DNA of 64,000 nucleotides from an uncultured delta proteobacterium (lineage in GTDB: Bacteria > Desulfobacterota > Desulfobacteria > Desulfobacterales > B30-G6). Positions 31,532 through 41,772 of this stretch are shown piece after piece (within the stretch, counting starts at the first letter, position 1; the number at the start of each line of letters is the position of its first letter). The notes under the pieces are model-generated. The model made no database searches, was not told where the DNA came from, and saw only the letters and a list, made by a program, of their open reading frames with translations. Both the position numbers and the translations under genes were made by a program. The stretch spans positions 64,001-128,000 of the forward strand of contig CAWGLD010000007.1 of assembly GCA_963823335.1 (NCBI GenBank), given 5' to 3'.

Positions 31532-32668
31532 TTAGGACATGGCCCAACGGGCAATGATCACTTTCATGATGTCCGATGTACCGGCCGAGGGTCCCAGCAC
31601 GGCAGAATCCCGCCAGAAACGGGATACTGGATACTCTTCCATGCAACCATAGCCCCCGTGTATATCCACGGCCATTTTGGCCGCTTTTTGGGCCGCTTCC
31701 GTCGTGTAATATTTGGCTACGGCGAACTCGTTGCTGGAGCGGCCACCGGCATCCTGGAGGGCCGCCGCCCTGTACCCCAGCAGCCTTCCGGCTTCCAGAT
31801 CGATTTTCATCTGCGCTATTTTATTCTGTATGGTCTGCAGGGCACTGATGGGCTTGCCATAAAGAATGCGCTGGTTGGCGAACTTGATCGACTCCTCCAG
31901 GCAGGCGGCCTGAAGACCCAGAGCAGTACCGACCATGCCCCCCCGTCCCACATCACCGATGGCGGCCATGGTTACTCTCAGCCCTTTACCCTCTTCGCCC
32001 AGAAGCTGTTCCTGGCCGATTTTCAGGTCCTCAAAGGAAAGCTCGCCGGTGTTGCAGCCACGCATACCCACTTTGTGCTCCTTGTGGGTGGGTCTCCAGC
32101 CCGGCATGTCCCTGTCGATGACAAATGCGCAGAAAGCCTTGGGATTGTCGTCTGCCTTGGCCAGAATGGTAATCGTGTCGGCCAGATGTGAATTGGTGAT
32201 AAAACATTTACGGCCGTTGACGATAAAGGTCTCTCCATCCTTGGTGTAGGCTGATTTGATACCGGTGGGATCCGATCCACCGGTGGCTTCGGTCACAGCG
32301 GTAGTCGCCAGACGCTTTCCCGATGCCAGATCCGGCAGGTATTTACGTTTCTGCTCTTCAGAACCAAACTTGACGATGGGTTCGATACCCAGGGCAAAAA
32401 CCTGCAACATCATGGCGGTTGCCACGGAGACCCGGCTGATCTCTTCCAGGGCGATCAGACGCTCGCTATACCCCAGCCCCAGACCGCCGTATTCCTCCGG
32501 GATCGTAATGGCCATCATTTCAGCCTCAGCCAGGGCCGTGACCACCGCATCGCTGACTTCCCCGGTTTTCTCCATTTCATCTACCTGAGGGGCTATTTTA
32601 GTTTCGGCAAATTCCCTGGCCGCTTTTCTGAACATTTCCTGCTCCTCGGTGAAAGTAAAATCGATCAT
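31532..32668 (-). CDS. Acyl-CoA dehydrogenase
   Basis: TEATGGSD, NGRKCFIT, KVGMRG and HGGYG motifs. Confidence 0.92.
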   Translation of the reverse strand: MIDFTFTEEQEMFRKAAREFAETKIAPQVDEMEKTGEVSDAVVTALAEAEMMAITIPEEYGGLGLGYSERLIALEEISRVSVATAMMLQVFALGIEPIVKFGSEEQKRKYLPDLASGKRLATTAVTEATGGSDPTGIKSAYTKDGETFIVNGRKCFITNSHLADTITILAKADDNPKAFCAFVIDRDMPGWRPTHKEHKVGMRGCNTGELSFEDLKIGQEQLLGEEGKGLRVTMAAIGDVGRGGMVGTALGLQAACLEESIKFANQRILYGKPISALQTIQNKIAQMKIDLEAGRLLGYRAAALQDAGGRSSNEFAVAKYYTTEAAQKAAKMAVDIHGGYGCMEEYPVSRFWRDSAVLGPSAGTSDIMKVIIARWAMS

Positions 32669-32693
32669 TGTCGGTATTCCTCCTGTTCTTTGG

Positions 32694-33275
32694 CTATTTT
32701 AGTTTATCGAGATAATCAATCAGGGCGTTAATTGACTTGTCCAGGGCTCCTTGAGACTTGTCCACACTGTAACTCACGGAAGCCCCCAACATACCGTTAA
32801 ATATAATTTCTGTAATTGAATCGGTTTGTATCCCCTTGTATGCGGCTGCCGCCGGATGACCATTGTCCAACAGCCTTTTGAGCATTGCCTTCAGACCTGT
32901 AAAGCCTTTCTGGACTTCCCTGGACAAATGCGGACGAGCGTCACCAAGTTCAACCGCGAACATAATAAATATACATCCACCGGGAAAATTTTCAGCATCC
33001 AGCAGGTATCTGTTTTTATAATTTTCGAGTAGTCGTATTATTTTATCAATGGGGTCTTTTATATCATCTATTCCGTACAAATTTTTCTTGCGCCAGATTT
33101 TGCGGCCCTCATCCAGAACCTGAAAGAATAGATCCTCCTTGCTTGAAAAATGGTTGTAGAATCCACCTTTGGACGTTTTGGCAGCCGACAGGATATCTTG
33201 AATGGACGTACTCAAAAAACCATTCAAGGAAAAAAGTTTCATGGATTCGTGTACAATTGTTTCTTTCAGATTCAC
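32694..33275 (-). CDS. TetR/AcrR family transcriptional regulator
   Basis: HTH ...SKGGFYNHFSSKEDL; GAGGA RBS before GTG at 33275. Confidence 0.9.
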   Translation of the reverse strand: MNLKETIVHESMKLFSLNGFLSTSIQDILSAAKTSKGGFYNHFSSKEDLFFQVLDEGRKIWRKKNLYGIDDIKDPIDKIIRLLENYKNRYLLDAENFPGGCIFIMFAVELGDARPHLSREVQKGFTGLKAMLKRLLDNGHPAAAAYKGIQTDSITEIIFNGMLGASVSYSVDKSQGALDKSINALIDYLDKLK

Positions 33276-33305
33276 GTGTATCGTTTCCTCGCAAAGGGCA
33301 GAGAC

Positions 33306-33354
33306 AGACCGGTCGGTCTCACCCCCTATAGCCATCTTTGTATTCGCAAGTCAA
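33306..33354 (-). promoter_or_regulatory. Putative TetR operator (AGACCGGTCGGTCT) and sigma70-like promoter
   Basis: Near-perfect palindrome at 33306-33319, just downstream of TTGACT (33354-33349) and TATAGG on the minus strand. Confidence 0.6.
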
Positions 33355-33368
33355 GATATTTTTTAGAC

Positions 33369-34808
33369 TTATACAGACAAGCCGACCAGCTTGGTTTCCA
33401 GGTACTCGTTGATACCCTCTGAAGAACCTTCGCGTCCTATTCCACTTTCCTTCATCCCGCCAAACGGCGCTGCCGCCGACGTCGGATTGATGTCATTGAT
33501 CCCGATAATGCCAAAATGAAGACCTTCAAACAGCCGAAAGGCTTTTTTAAGATCCCGGGTGTATACATACGACGCCAGACCATAATGGGTGTCATTGGCC
33601 ATGGCCAGAAGATCGTCTTCGTTTTCGTATACAATGACGGGTGCCACCGGACCGAAGGTTTCCTCCCGGTAGATGGTCATATCTGAATTGACATCGGTCA
33701 GGATCGTAGGCGCATAAAAATGGCCCTTATCGAGACCGTTCTCCAGCAAACGTTGCCCGCCGGTAACGAGCTTGGCACCTTTTTTAATGGCATCCTGAAC
33801 CTGACGGTCTACTTTCTCAAGGGCTTTATCACTTACCAGCGGACCGATCCGGACCCCGGGATCGAATCCTGATCCGGATTTCATGACCGCCACCTTGCGA
33901 GTCAATTCTTCTATAAAAGGTTCCATGATATGCGCATGCACGAAGATGCGGTTGGGGCTGATGCAGGCCTGTCCTGTGTTCAGAAATTTAACGAGTGCAA
34001 GCCCTTTGGCAGCATGCACCGGGTCCGCATCAGGGCATACGATAAAGGGGGCATGACCGCCGAGCTCCAACGAAACACGTTTCAATTGGTCGGCTGCCCC
34101 CCGGGCCAGCATCTTTCCCACCTGTGTCGAGCCTGTAAACGTCAGTTTACAAACCCGGACATCGTTCAGGAACACTTCACCGATGGGTCCTGGATCCAAT
34201 GCCGTGACCAGGTTTACAACACCGGCTGGGATTGCGGCCTTTTCAAATATCTCGAAAACCGCTTTGGCACACAGGGGGGTGGCTTCAGCCGGTTTGAGAA
34301 CGATGGTACAACCGGCTGCCAGGGCCGGGGCAACTTTTCTTGTGATCATGGAAATGGGATAGTTCCAGGGGGTAATGGCACCTACGACACCCACGGGCTG
34401 GCGCAGAACAAGGAAGCGCTGATCCGCTCTGGCGGAGGGAATTGTCTGGCCGTAGACACGTTTGGCTTCCTCGGCATACCACAACAGAAAGTCGGCCGCG
34501 TATCTGACTTCATTGCGGGCCGCCTGAATGGGCTTGCCCTGCTCCTCGGTCATAACTTCGGCCAGTCGTTCCAGATCTGTCATCATCAGTGCATGGGCCC
34601 TGTACAGAAATTGAGCCCGCTGGTAAGCCGTTTGGGAAGACCATTCCTGAAAGGCCAGGTCCGCTGCATCGACGGCCTTGGTGGCATCGACACCCTCCCC
34701 GTCTGGAATCGTTCCCACGGTCTCACCGGTAGCAGGGTTGAACGATTGAAATTGACGACCGTTTTCAGCATCTCTCCATTTCCCACCAATAAACATTTTA
34801 TCCTCCAT
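33369..34808 (-). CDS. gabD: NAD(P)-dependent succinate-semialdehyde dehydrogenase family
   Basis: AEEAKRVYG, PWNYP, ELGGHAP, EETFGP and GREGS motifs. Confidence 0.85.
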   Translation of the reverse strand: MEDKMFIGGKWRDAENGRQFQSFNPATGETVGTIPDGEGVDATKAVDAADLAFQEWSSQTAYQRAQFLYRAHALMMTDLERLAEVMTEEQGKPIQAARNEVRYAADFLLWYAEEAKRVYGQTIPSARADQRFLVLRQPVGVVGAITPWNYPISMITRKVAPALAAGCTIVLKPAEATPLCAKAVFEIFEKAAIPAGVVNLVTALDPGPIGEVFLNDVRVCKLTFTGSTQVGKMLARGAADQLKRVSLELGGHAPFIVCPDADPVHAAKGLALVKFLNTGQACISPNRIFVHAHIMEPFIEELTRKVAVMKSGSGFDPGVRIGPLVSDKALEKVDRQVQDAIKKGAKLVTGGQRLLENGLDKGHFYAPTILTDVNSDMTIYREETFGPVAPVIVYENEDDLLAMANDTHYGLASYVYTRDLKKAFRLFEGLHFGIIGINDINPTSAAAPFGGMKESGIGREGSSEGINEYLETKLVGLSV

Positions 34809-34826
34809 GACCGTAATAAATTTGTC

Positions 34827-35840
34827 TCATTTGGAAGTGCCCGACCGTGCGGTTGAGGTAACATAATCCGCTCTGTCGACCTTGCCCCTGATGGCTTTGT
34901 CTTCAAGAAAGCGGCGAATATTCTGCGCGGCCATTTTTGTGGCGGCTGTCATTTCACCCGGCACGTCATCGGCGTTGTGGGGTGATCCAACCAGGTTGGG
35001 CAGATCGAAAAACGGGTAGTCCAATTTGAACCCCGATGGATCACCCGGTTCGGACCACCACGTGTCGATACCGGCAGCAAAGGACGGCGTGGTCTTTAAA
35101 TGGGTATACAGCGCCTCTTGTTCCACTACCTTCCCGCGGGCGACATTGATAAGGATGCCATCCGGTTTCATGATCTGAAGTTCGCGACGCCCTATCAGAT
35201 GAAGGGTTTGCCTGGTCAGGGGAACCGTCAACACGACAACATCAGACCCTCTCAGTACCGCATCCATATCGGCGGTTGATCCCATAAAATCGAGGGGAAA
35301 AGACGATGTGGCGGATCGATTGATCCCATGGACTTCCATGCCCACAGCTTTCATCAGGCGTGCAATGGCGACACCGTTACCACCCATGCCGATAATCCCG
35401 CATATGCCGCCTCTCAGTTGTTTGTTATAAACTGTCTGGTTGAAGTTTCCCTGCCCAAGCTGTAGATGACGCGGTATAATCGCTTTGGCCAGGCACAAGG
35501 TCATGGCCAATACGTGTTCAGCCAGAGGTTCTGCAAAAGCTCCCACATTGCTGGCCACGATTATGCTTTCAGGGATGGCCTCAAATGGTATCTTGTCTGC
35601 CCCGGCAAAAATCAATTGAATGAACCGGGCACGTTTCAACTGAGCGATTTCCTGCAGCTTGATCTCGGCTCTGGCAAAGCCTTTGGACAGAATGACATCC
35701 GCCTTCCTCAAGGCCTGCTCCCGGTCTAACGCGTTCAGATCGGATAGATACAGGATGTCTGAAATATCATCCAGTACGGCATGGATTACCCGTCTTTCAC
35801 GTTCATTTGCGGGAAATGTTATGGCGATTTGATATGTCAT
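34827..35840 (-). CDS. D-2-hydroxyacid dehydrogenase family
   Basis: IIGMGGNG, INVARG and SPHNA motifs. Confidence 0.88.
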   Translation of the reverse strand: MTYQIAITFPANERERRVIHAVLDDISDILYLSDLNALDREQALRKADVILSKGFARAEIKLQEIAQLKRARFIQLIFAGADKIPFEAIPESIIVASNVGAFAEPLAEHVLAMTLCLAKAIIPRHLQLGQGNFNQTVYNKQLRGGICGIIGMGGNGVAIARLMKAVGMEVHGINRSATSSFPLDFMGSTADMDAVLRGSDVVVLTVPLTRQTLHLIGRRELQIMKPDGILINVARGKVVEQEALYTHLKTTPSFAAGIDTWWSEPGDPSGFKLDYPFFDLPNLVGSPHNADDVPGEMTAATKMAAQNIRRFLEDKAIRGKVDRADYVTSTARSGTSK

Positions 35841-36353
35841 TGTGCCTGCCTATGCCACTATATTTTTTGACACCTTAACGTAATAGAAACAGCATTTTCC
35901 TTCAACGACAGCAATAGAGAAACCTAACATATGGATACCAACCTGTATATCAGATAATTGCATAAAGTTAATTGGCATAGGGTATACGCATCGGGCAATA
36001 AAGTCACTCTTGATTTAAAACATTACTTCATATATTATTTGCTCAACTTTCGGGCTCGATGAACCCAGAAAGTTGAACCGAAATAGCGAGCGCATTCCCC
36101 GTGGCTTCTGCCGTACGGCAGAACATTTCTCGCAGCTTGCTGCGAGGTTCTGCAATTATTCAGTCCAACTGAAAAGGTGAAAAAAACATCCATGCCGCAT
36201 CATTTCGTTTATCTCCCCTTCACATAATTTCGATTCCTGAAAAACGATTTAATACTTTCACAAAAATATCTTAAATCTAATTTTTTTGGTTCTTCTCCAA
36301 TTTAGTTGGAGGAAAGGGCTCCAAAATTCGGGTCAAGAGAAATACAGCTCGGG

Positions 36354-36785
36354 CTATATCTTATCGAAATCGCTATCGGGATCGGGATCGGGATCGAATT
36401 CAGTATAGCCGTATTCCCCGAACCCTTCCTTTACGCTATAACCCCTGCCGCCCAATCGACTAAGCATTGCAGCAATGCGGTCCAATTCACCTTTGCGCTG
36501 CCGGCTTTCTACTTTATCCAAACCTTTTCCGACTACCAAGACATCTTGGATTGCGGCACACTCCAATGCCGACCCACGCGCTATTTCGAAATATCGCCGC
36601 CGATCAGCCTTCGCTGTCTTACCGTTGCCTTCTGCAATATTAAGCGCAATCGACTGGCTGGCTCGAAGCCACTGGTCTCTTGCTGAACGATGGACGCCTC
36701 TCAGCCTGGCACACTTTTCATAAACCCATGCGACATAGCCGATTGAAAGGCGGTAAACGTCTAATTTTTCATGACCTAATACCAT
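36354..36785 (-). CDS. Four-helix-bundle protein (23S rRNA IVS protein/Avd-like family)
   Basis: HEKLDVY, RASQSIALNIAEG and FEIARGSALEC motifs; ATG at 36785. Confidence 0.9.
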   Translation of the reverse strand: MVLGHEKLDVYRLSIGYVAWVYEKCARLRGVHRSARDQWLRASQSIALNIAEGNGKTAKADRRRYFEIARGSALECAAIQDVLVVGKGLDKVESRQRKGELDRIAAMLSRLGGRGYSVKEGFGEYGYTEFDPDPDPDSDFDKI

Positions 36786-36826
36786 CTCGATCCCGATCCC
36801 GATCCCGATAGCGATCCCGATTTCGA
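36364..36826. repeat. Inverted hexamer tandem repeats framing the four-helix-bundle gene
   Basis: (ATCGGG)n array at 36364-36397 is the reverse complement of the (CCCGAT)n array at 36787-36826 apart from one extra unit. Confidence 0.9.
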
Positions 36827-36884
36827 CAAGGCTTCCACCAACAGCATTTCTACAACAAATCGAGAGAAAAGCCATTTTTTTAAG

Positions 36885-37244
36885 GTGAAATATTTTTTAC
36901 GTATCCTACAAGGGGGTATCAATCATATCGATACAGCTTTCTTTGGGGCTGGGTTTCAACTCGAAACCAACCCGCTTTCCGCAAAAAAAGTTTTCAGTTA
37001 CAGACTTCAGGTTGGGCTCGAAGCAAGGGAAATTGAGGATGACGATAACATGACCCTGGAGCTTGGCGGACTTGGAGTAGCCGGCGGTGCAAACTTTGGA
37101 GTTGGAAGCGGAAAAACGATTCTCACCACTACCATTGGCGTGAGGGTTTTTGGCTTTGCAGGCGAGTCAGAATGGTATGACGAGAAAGAGGATTTAGATG
37201 GCGGCACCACAGAGTTGTTCTTCTCTGTTGGAATCTTGTTTTGA
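36885..37244 (+). pseudogene. Possible C-terminal fragment of an outer-membrane beta-barrel protein
   Basis: Alternating beta-strand pattern ending FFSVGILF; no signal peptide. Confidence 0.4.
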
Positions 37245-37405
37245 ACTGATATTTGGTTATATGGCAAGATGAACGAAAGCGTAGTACCTTTCTCGTTCTT
37301 GAAGGAGGAAGTTTTATGACTGGATCATTATCGGTTAAAACCTGGAGGCCGCTTTCACTATTAATCGTTGCTGTAATGTTTGTTGGCTGCCCCGATCTTG
37401 TTTGA

Positions 37406-38059
37406 TCATGACATCCTTTTCCTTATGGGACCGGCTTGAGCCTTTTCAGACAGATAGTGATGCCACAGCATTCTGGCCGCAACCGACCGAAAAGGGCGCC
37501 AGGTATCGGTAATATCGGATAGCGTCGATGGCGATGGATTGATCTGAAGCGACTTCACCTTTCGAAGGGTATTCATCAGCGCGACATCCCCGGGCGGCCA
37601 GACATCCGGTCTGCGCAGCGCCATCAAGAGGTAGATACTCGCCGTCCAGGGGCCGATACCTTTTATCCGCGTCAGCGTGTCAAGAACGGCAAGGTCCTCC
37701 ATCCTGGAAAGGGCGTTTAGATTGAGTTGGTCTTCAAGAATCGCGTTGGCAACATGGATGCAGTAGGCTGCTTTCTGGCGTGTGATACCCAGGGACTGCA
37801 GAGAGGATGGACCTACCGCGACAAAATATTCGGGTGTAAATGGAACCAGGTTATCCATGAGCCGGCAATACATCGCCTTGGCTGAAGCAAGGGATACCTG
37901 CTGCTCTAGAATAATATGGACCAGGGTCGAAAAACAGGGCTTTCTGGCCCACAGGGGCGGTACACCATCCGCCTGGAAGAGACGGGCAAGATCGTTGTCA
38001 CGGGCGGCTAAATAGGCTGTAGCTTCCTTTAGACGCTTTTGTGTCAACAACGGTGTCAT
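37406..38059 (-). CDS. DNA-3-methyladenine glycosylase II (AlkA family)
   Basis: ILEQQVS, IKGIGPWTA (HhH) and WRPFRS motifs. Confidence 0.9.
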   Translation of the reverse strand: MTPLLTQKRLKEATAYLAARDNDLARLFQADGVPPLWARKPCFSTLVHIILEQQVSLASAKAMYCRLMDNLVPFTPEYFVAVGPSSLQSLGITRQKAAYCIHVANAILEDQLNLNALSRMEDLAVLDTLTRIKGIGPWTASIYLLMALRRPDVWPPGDVALMNTLRKVKSLQINPSPSTLSDITDTWRPFRSVAARMLWHHYLSEKAQAGPIRKRMS

Positions 38060-38080
38060 GGCTATTGAGGTGTTAGTTTA

Positions 38081-38851
38081 TCAACTGCTGGTGATTTCAG
38101 CGTAGGCACTGTGGTTGTGGATGGATTCGAAATTCTCGGCACTCACGGTAAACCAGGTGATATTGTCATCCTCCTTCAGCTTCATGGCGATATCACGGAC
38201 AATATCTTCGACAAATTTGGGATTTGCAAAGGCTTTTTCCGTGACATGCTTTTCATCGACACGCTTCAGGATGGAATAGACATCGCAGGATGCTGTACTC
38301 TCGATAAGCCCGATCATATCTTCCAGCCAGATAAATTTGTTAAACCGTGTACTGAGACGCACCTCACCCCGTTGATTGTGAGCACCGGCATCGCTGATCT
38401 CCTTGGAGCATGGGCAGACCGATGAGATGGGAACAATGACCTCGGATACGAGATCGATCTTGCCTTCCGAGTCACTGATACCGATAATTCGGCAGGTGTA
38501 GTCCATCAAACCCATTGATTCGCTTATCGGGGCTTTTTTTTCGATAAAATACGGGAACGTGACATCCACATGTGCCGATGCCGCGTTGAGGTGCCGCTTC
38601 ATTTCTTCCAGAATAACGGAAAAGTTTTTTAAGGAGACGGCCGGACGAAACAGGTGCAGCATCTCGACGAAGCGACTCATATGGGTGCCCCTGTCCCGGT
38701 GAGGCAGGCTGACATACATATTGATGGTGGCAACGGTCGGCTGATGGCCTTCGCGCTTGTCCCGGACAGTAATGGGGTATTTGAGGTTTTTGATCCCTAC
38801 CCGATCGATGGGAATGTTGCGATAATCACGCTGATTTTGAACGTCCTGCAT
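38081..38851 (-). CDS. folE2: GTP cyclohydrolase IB
   Basis: RGTHMSRF, CPCSK, GAHNQR and ESIHNHSA motifs. Confidence 0.95.
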   Translation of the reverse strand: MQDVQNQRDYRNIPIDRVGIKNLKYPITVRDKREGHQPTVATINMYVSLPHRDRGTHMSRFVEMLHLFRPAVSLKNFSVILEEMKRHLNAASAHVDVTFPYFIEKKAPISESMGLMDYTCRIIGISDSEGKIDLVSEVIVPISSVCPCSKEISDAGAHNQRGEVRLSTRFNKFIWLEDMIGLIESTASCDVYSILKRVDEKHVTEKAFANPKFVEDIVRDIAMKLKEDDNITWFTVSAENFESIHNHSAYAEITSS

Positions 38852-38951
38852 TTACCTAATCTCCACCGATCCAAATATCGAATGTTCAATGAATGAGACA
38901 TAGTGCGCCGGTATAGACATTGGAATACTCGTTTTGATCATTTGATAGTGT

Positions 38952-39686
38952 TTAAGGTTTCAACATATACGACGACCGTACATGACTCATAGACCTGAAT
39001 ATATTGCCTTTTATTTTTTTATTGCCGGCATAGAGCTGTTTTAATAAAGATTTGATCTCCTGCCGTTTGGATGTTTTTGCCGTGGGGCACGGGTTGATAA
39101 ATTCAGGGAAGGCCTGCTCCCTGGCAAACCGTCTGATGCTGTCCTCATCAGCAAAAGAAAGCGGTCTGATCAGTTGAAAACTGCCGCCAAAAAAAGATTG
39201 CGAGGGCAACATGGTGCTGATTTCACCCGCATAGCACATGTTGATGAACAGTGTTTCAATGATGTCATCCTTGTTGTGGCCCAGGGCAACCTTGGTACAA
39301 CGCAGTTCTTCGGCAATTTCAAACAAGCGCTTCCGTCGCAGCCGGGAACAGAGAAAACATGGGTTCTCAAGATTTTCAGGGCCGTGGCTGATCACACCAT
39401 AGTCCGTGTATGCGATCCGAACCGCGTATCCGGATTTTTCACCATGTTCCCGCAGAGCATCACTGAAGCCACCTGGAAACCCCAGGTCCACATAAACGGC
39501 AAACAGCTCATAGTCGATGGGAACCCGGGTTCGCCGCTCGTTGAGCAGCCACATGAGTGAAAGGCTGTCTTTCCCGCCGGACAGTCCCACCAGAATTCGA
39601 TCGCCATCCGATATCATCTCGTATCGATGCAGCGCCTTCCCAACAGCCCTGTTCAGAGCCTTGTATGTGTAGCTGTGCTTCGGCAA
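38952..39686 (-). CDS. ttcA: tRNA 2-thiocytidine biosynthesis protein TtcA
   Basis: SGGKDS PP-loop, CFLCSRLRR and GHNKDD motifs. Confidence 0.9.
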   Translation of the reverse strand: MPKHSYTYKALNRAVGKALHRYEMISDGDRILVGLSGGKDSLSLMWLLNERRTRVPIDYELFAVYVDLGFPGGFSDALREHGEKSGYAVRIAYTDYGVISHGPENLENPCFLCSRLRRKRLFEIAEELRCTKVALGHNKDDIIETLFINMCYAGEISTMLPSQSFFGGSFQLIRPLSFADEDSIRRFAREQAFPEFINPCPTAKTSKRQEIKSLLKQLYAGNKKIKGNIFRSMSHVRSSYMLKP

Positions 39687-39695
39687 AACGGTCGG

Positions 39696-39968
39696 TTACA
39701 CTTCTGTTTCTTCTCTTTCTTCTGTTTCCGGTTCTACCGGCGTCTCCGGTTTTTCGTTGTGTTCTTCAAGTTCTGCCCCGACTATTTTGGCTCTTACCTT
39801 GTCTGCTGCAATTTCACGAAGCGCAACAACAATATCTTCGTTTTTAGGTGAGCTCACGAGATATTCAGAACCCTCCCGGATCTGTCTCACTCTTTTGGCT
39901 GCCATGTGAACCAGCTGAAAACGACTGGGTACTTTTTCCAAGCAGTCTTCGATTGTAATTCGTGCCAC
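39696..39968 (-). CDS. rpoZ: RNA polymerase omega subunit
   Basis: (M)ARITIEDCL...ALREIA; GTG start with GGAGG RBS. Confidence 0.95.
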   Translation of the reverse strand: MARITIEDCLEKVPSRFQLVHMAAKRVRQIREGSEYLVSSPKNEDIVVALREIAADKVRAKIVGAELEEHNEKPETPVEPETEEREETEV

Positions 39969-40082
39969 TGTGTGCCTCCTGCAATTAACATGCATGTATA
40001 TTTTGTTTAAAAATGGTTGTTTAGGATGAAGACTGTTAGGCTTCGCTACAGCCTGCAGTCAAAAAACCTGTCTGTCTAAACA

Positions 40083-40550
40083 TTATTGTATTTCCACAAT
40101 CTCATAGGTGCGCTTTCCTGCCGGGGCTTGAACCAAGACTTCATCACCAACTTCCCTGCCGATGATGGCCAGTCCCAAAGGCGATTCAATGGAAATTCGT
40201 CCCTCCTCGATGTCTGATTCGTCCGGACCAACCAGCTGATATTCAACACTTTCCCCGGTGTCGACATTTTCCAATACAATATCACAACCGAAGACAGCCC
40301 GATCTTTGGGAAGATTATCCGGTTCAATTATATCGGCATTCCCCAGTTTGTATCCCAGCTCGCTGATACGGCCCTCGATGAAGGCCTGGCGTTCCTTTGC
40401 GGCATCAAACTCGGCATTTTCGCTGAGGTCACCATGCGCCCGGGCTTCTTCGATGGCTTTGATGTTTTGCGGTCGATCGACGGACTTGAGGTGTGTCAAC
40501 TCGCGTTTCAGCCTTTCGTATCCGTTTCTTGTTATCGGTATCCGTTCCAT
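40083..40550 (-). CDS. greA: Transcription elongation factor GreA
   Basis: ARAHGDLSENAE and ISIESPLG motifs. Confidence 0.95.
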   Translation of the reverse strand: MERIPITRNGYERLKRELTHLKSVDRPQNIKAIEEARAHGDLSENAEFDAAKERQAFIEGRISELGYKLGNADIIEPDNLPKDRAVFGCDIVLENVDTGESVEYQLVGPDESDIEEGRISIESPLGLAIIGREVGDEVLVQAPAGKRTYEIVEIQ

Positions 40551-40559
40551 GATCACCTT

Positions 40560-41582
40560 CTATAAATAGTCCCTGGCCAGAAGTTCGGCAATCTGGACCG
40601 CGTTGGTGGCAGCCCCCTTGCGAATATTATCGGCAACGATCCACATGTTGATCCCGTTGGGAATGGAGAAGTCGTCGCGAATTCTGCCAACATACGTCAG
40701 ATCCTGGCCGGCGGCCTGGATGGGCATGGGGTAAATGTTCTGTGATGGATCATCCAACACCTTGACACCCGGCGCTTCCGCTAACATGGATCTCACGTCT
40801 TCTGCCGATATGGGTGCCTCCGTCTCGATGTTCACCGCCTCTGAATGACCGTAGAATACCGGTACACGGACCGTTGTCGCGGTAACCTGAATACTGTCAT
40901 CTCCCATGATTTTACGGGTTTCGTTGACCATCTTCATCTCTTCTTTGGTATAACCGTTCTCCTGGAAAACATCGATATGCGGCAAGCAGTTGAAGGCGAT
41001 GCGATGTGGATAGACTTTTGACTCTGATTCCGAAAAATTCATGATCGCGCGGGTCTGGTCAGACAACTCGTCCATGGCTTTTATGCCTGTTCCGGATACC
41101 GCCTGATAGGTAGATACCACCACCCGCTTGATCCGATACTTCTGATGGATGGGGTTCAGGGCAACTACCATTTGAATGGTAGAACAGTTAGGGTTGGCAA
41201 TTATCCCTTTCTTTGTATATCCGGCTACGGCATGTGAATTGACCTCCGGCACCACCAGGGGGACCTCCGGATCCATTCGCCATGCACTTGAATTGTCCAC
41301 CACGACACAGCCCGCTTTGGCAGCATACGGTGCAAAATATTGACTGGTGCCGCCCCCTGCCGAAAACAGTGCGATGTCCATCCCTTTAAATGACGTTTCA
41401 GTCATTTCTTCAACCTTGATCGGCCGATCCCTGAAAGAAAGCTCCCGCCCTTTCGAACGGCTTGATGCCAGCAGTTTTATCTTGTCGATCGGAAAATTTC
41501 TTTCTTCCAGGCAGGTTATCATCTGGTTCCCCACCGCTCCTGTTGCGCCGGCCAGCGCAACATTGAACTTCTTGGATCTCAT
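40560..41582 (-). CDS. asd: Aspartate-semialdehyde dehydrogenase
   Basis: GATGAVG, ANPNCSTIQ and DNIRKGAATNA motifs. Confidence 0.96.
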   Translation of the reverse strand: MRSKKFNVALAGATGAVGNQMITCLEERNFPIDKIKLLASSRSKGRELSFRDRPIKVEEMTETSFKGMDIALFSAGGGTSQYFAPYAAKAGCVVVDNSSAWRMDPEVPLVVPEVNSHAVAGYTKKGIIANPNCSTIQMVVALNPIHQKYRIKRVVVSTYQAVSGTGIKAMDELSDQTRAIMNFSESESKVYPHRIAFNCLPHIDVFQENGYTKEEMKMVNETRKIMGDDSIQVTATTVRVPVFYGHSEAVNIETEAPISAEDVRSMLAEAPGVKVLDDPSQNIYPMPIQAAGQDLTYVGRIRDDFSIPNGINMWIVADNIRKGAATNAVQIAELLARDYL

Positions 41583-41772
41583 CCTCTGTTCCTCCTTTTA
41601 GCCGCCAATTCTTTTTACGAATTTACTAATAAAGCCGTTACTATTTTGACACGATCAGTTATGACCTTTAAGATCCTTCTCCCTACATCCCCGATCTTTT
41701 CCTTGACTATTTATAATTTCGAAGCATCCCACCCGGGCCCTTCTTTTGGTTCAACCCTTCCGGCGATGATCT

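Noticed and set aside
36354-36785. Diversity-generating retroelement (Avd-like gene)
   Set aside because: No reverse transcriptase and no template/variable repeat pair seen in the window.
36364-36826. CRISPR array
   Set aside because: The repeats are 6-8-bp tandem units without spacers, and there are no cas genes.
40550-40562. Programmed Asd-GreA fusion through TAG
   Set aside because: Both proteins are complete on their own, and an in-frame arrangement arises by chance one time in three.
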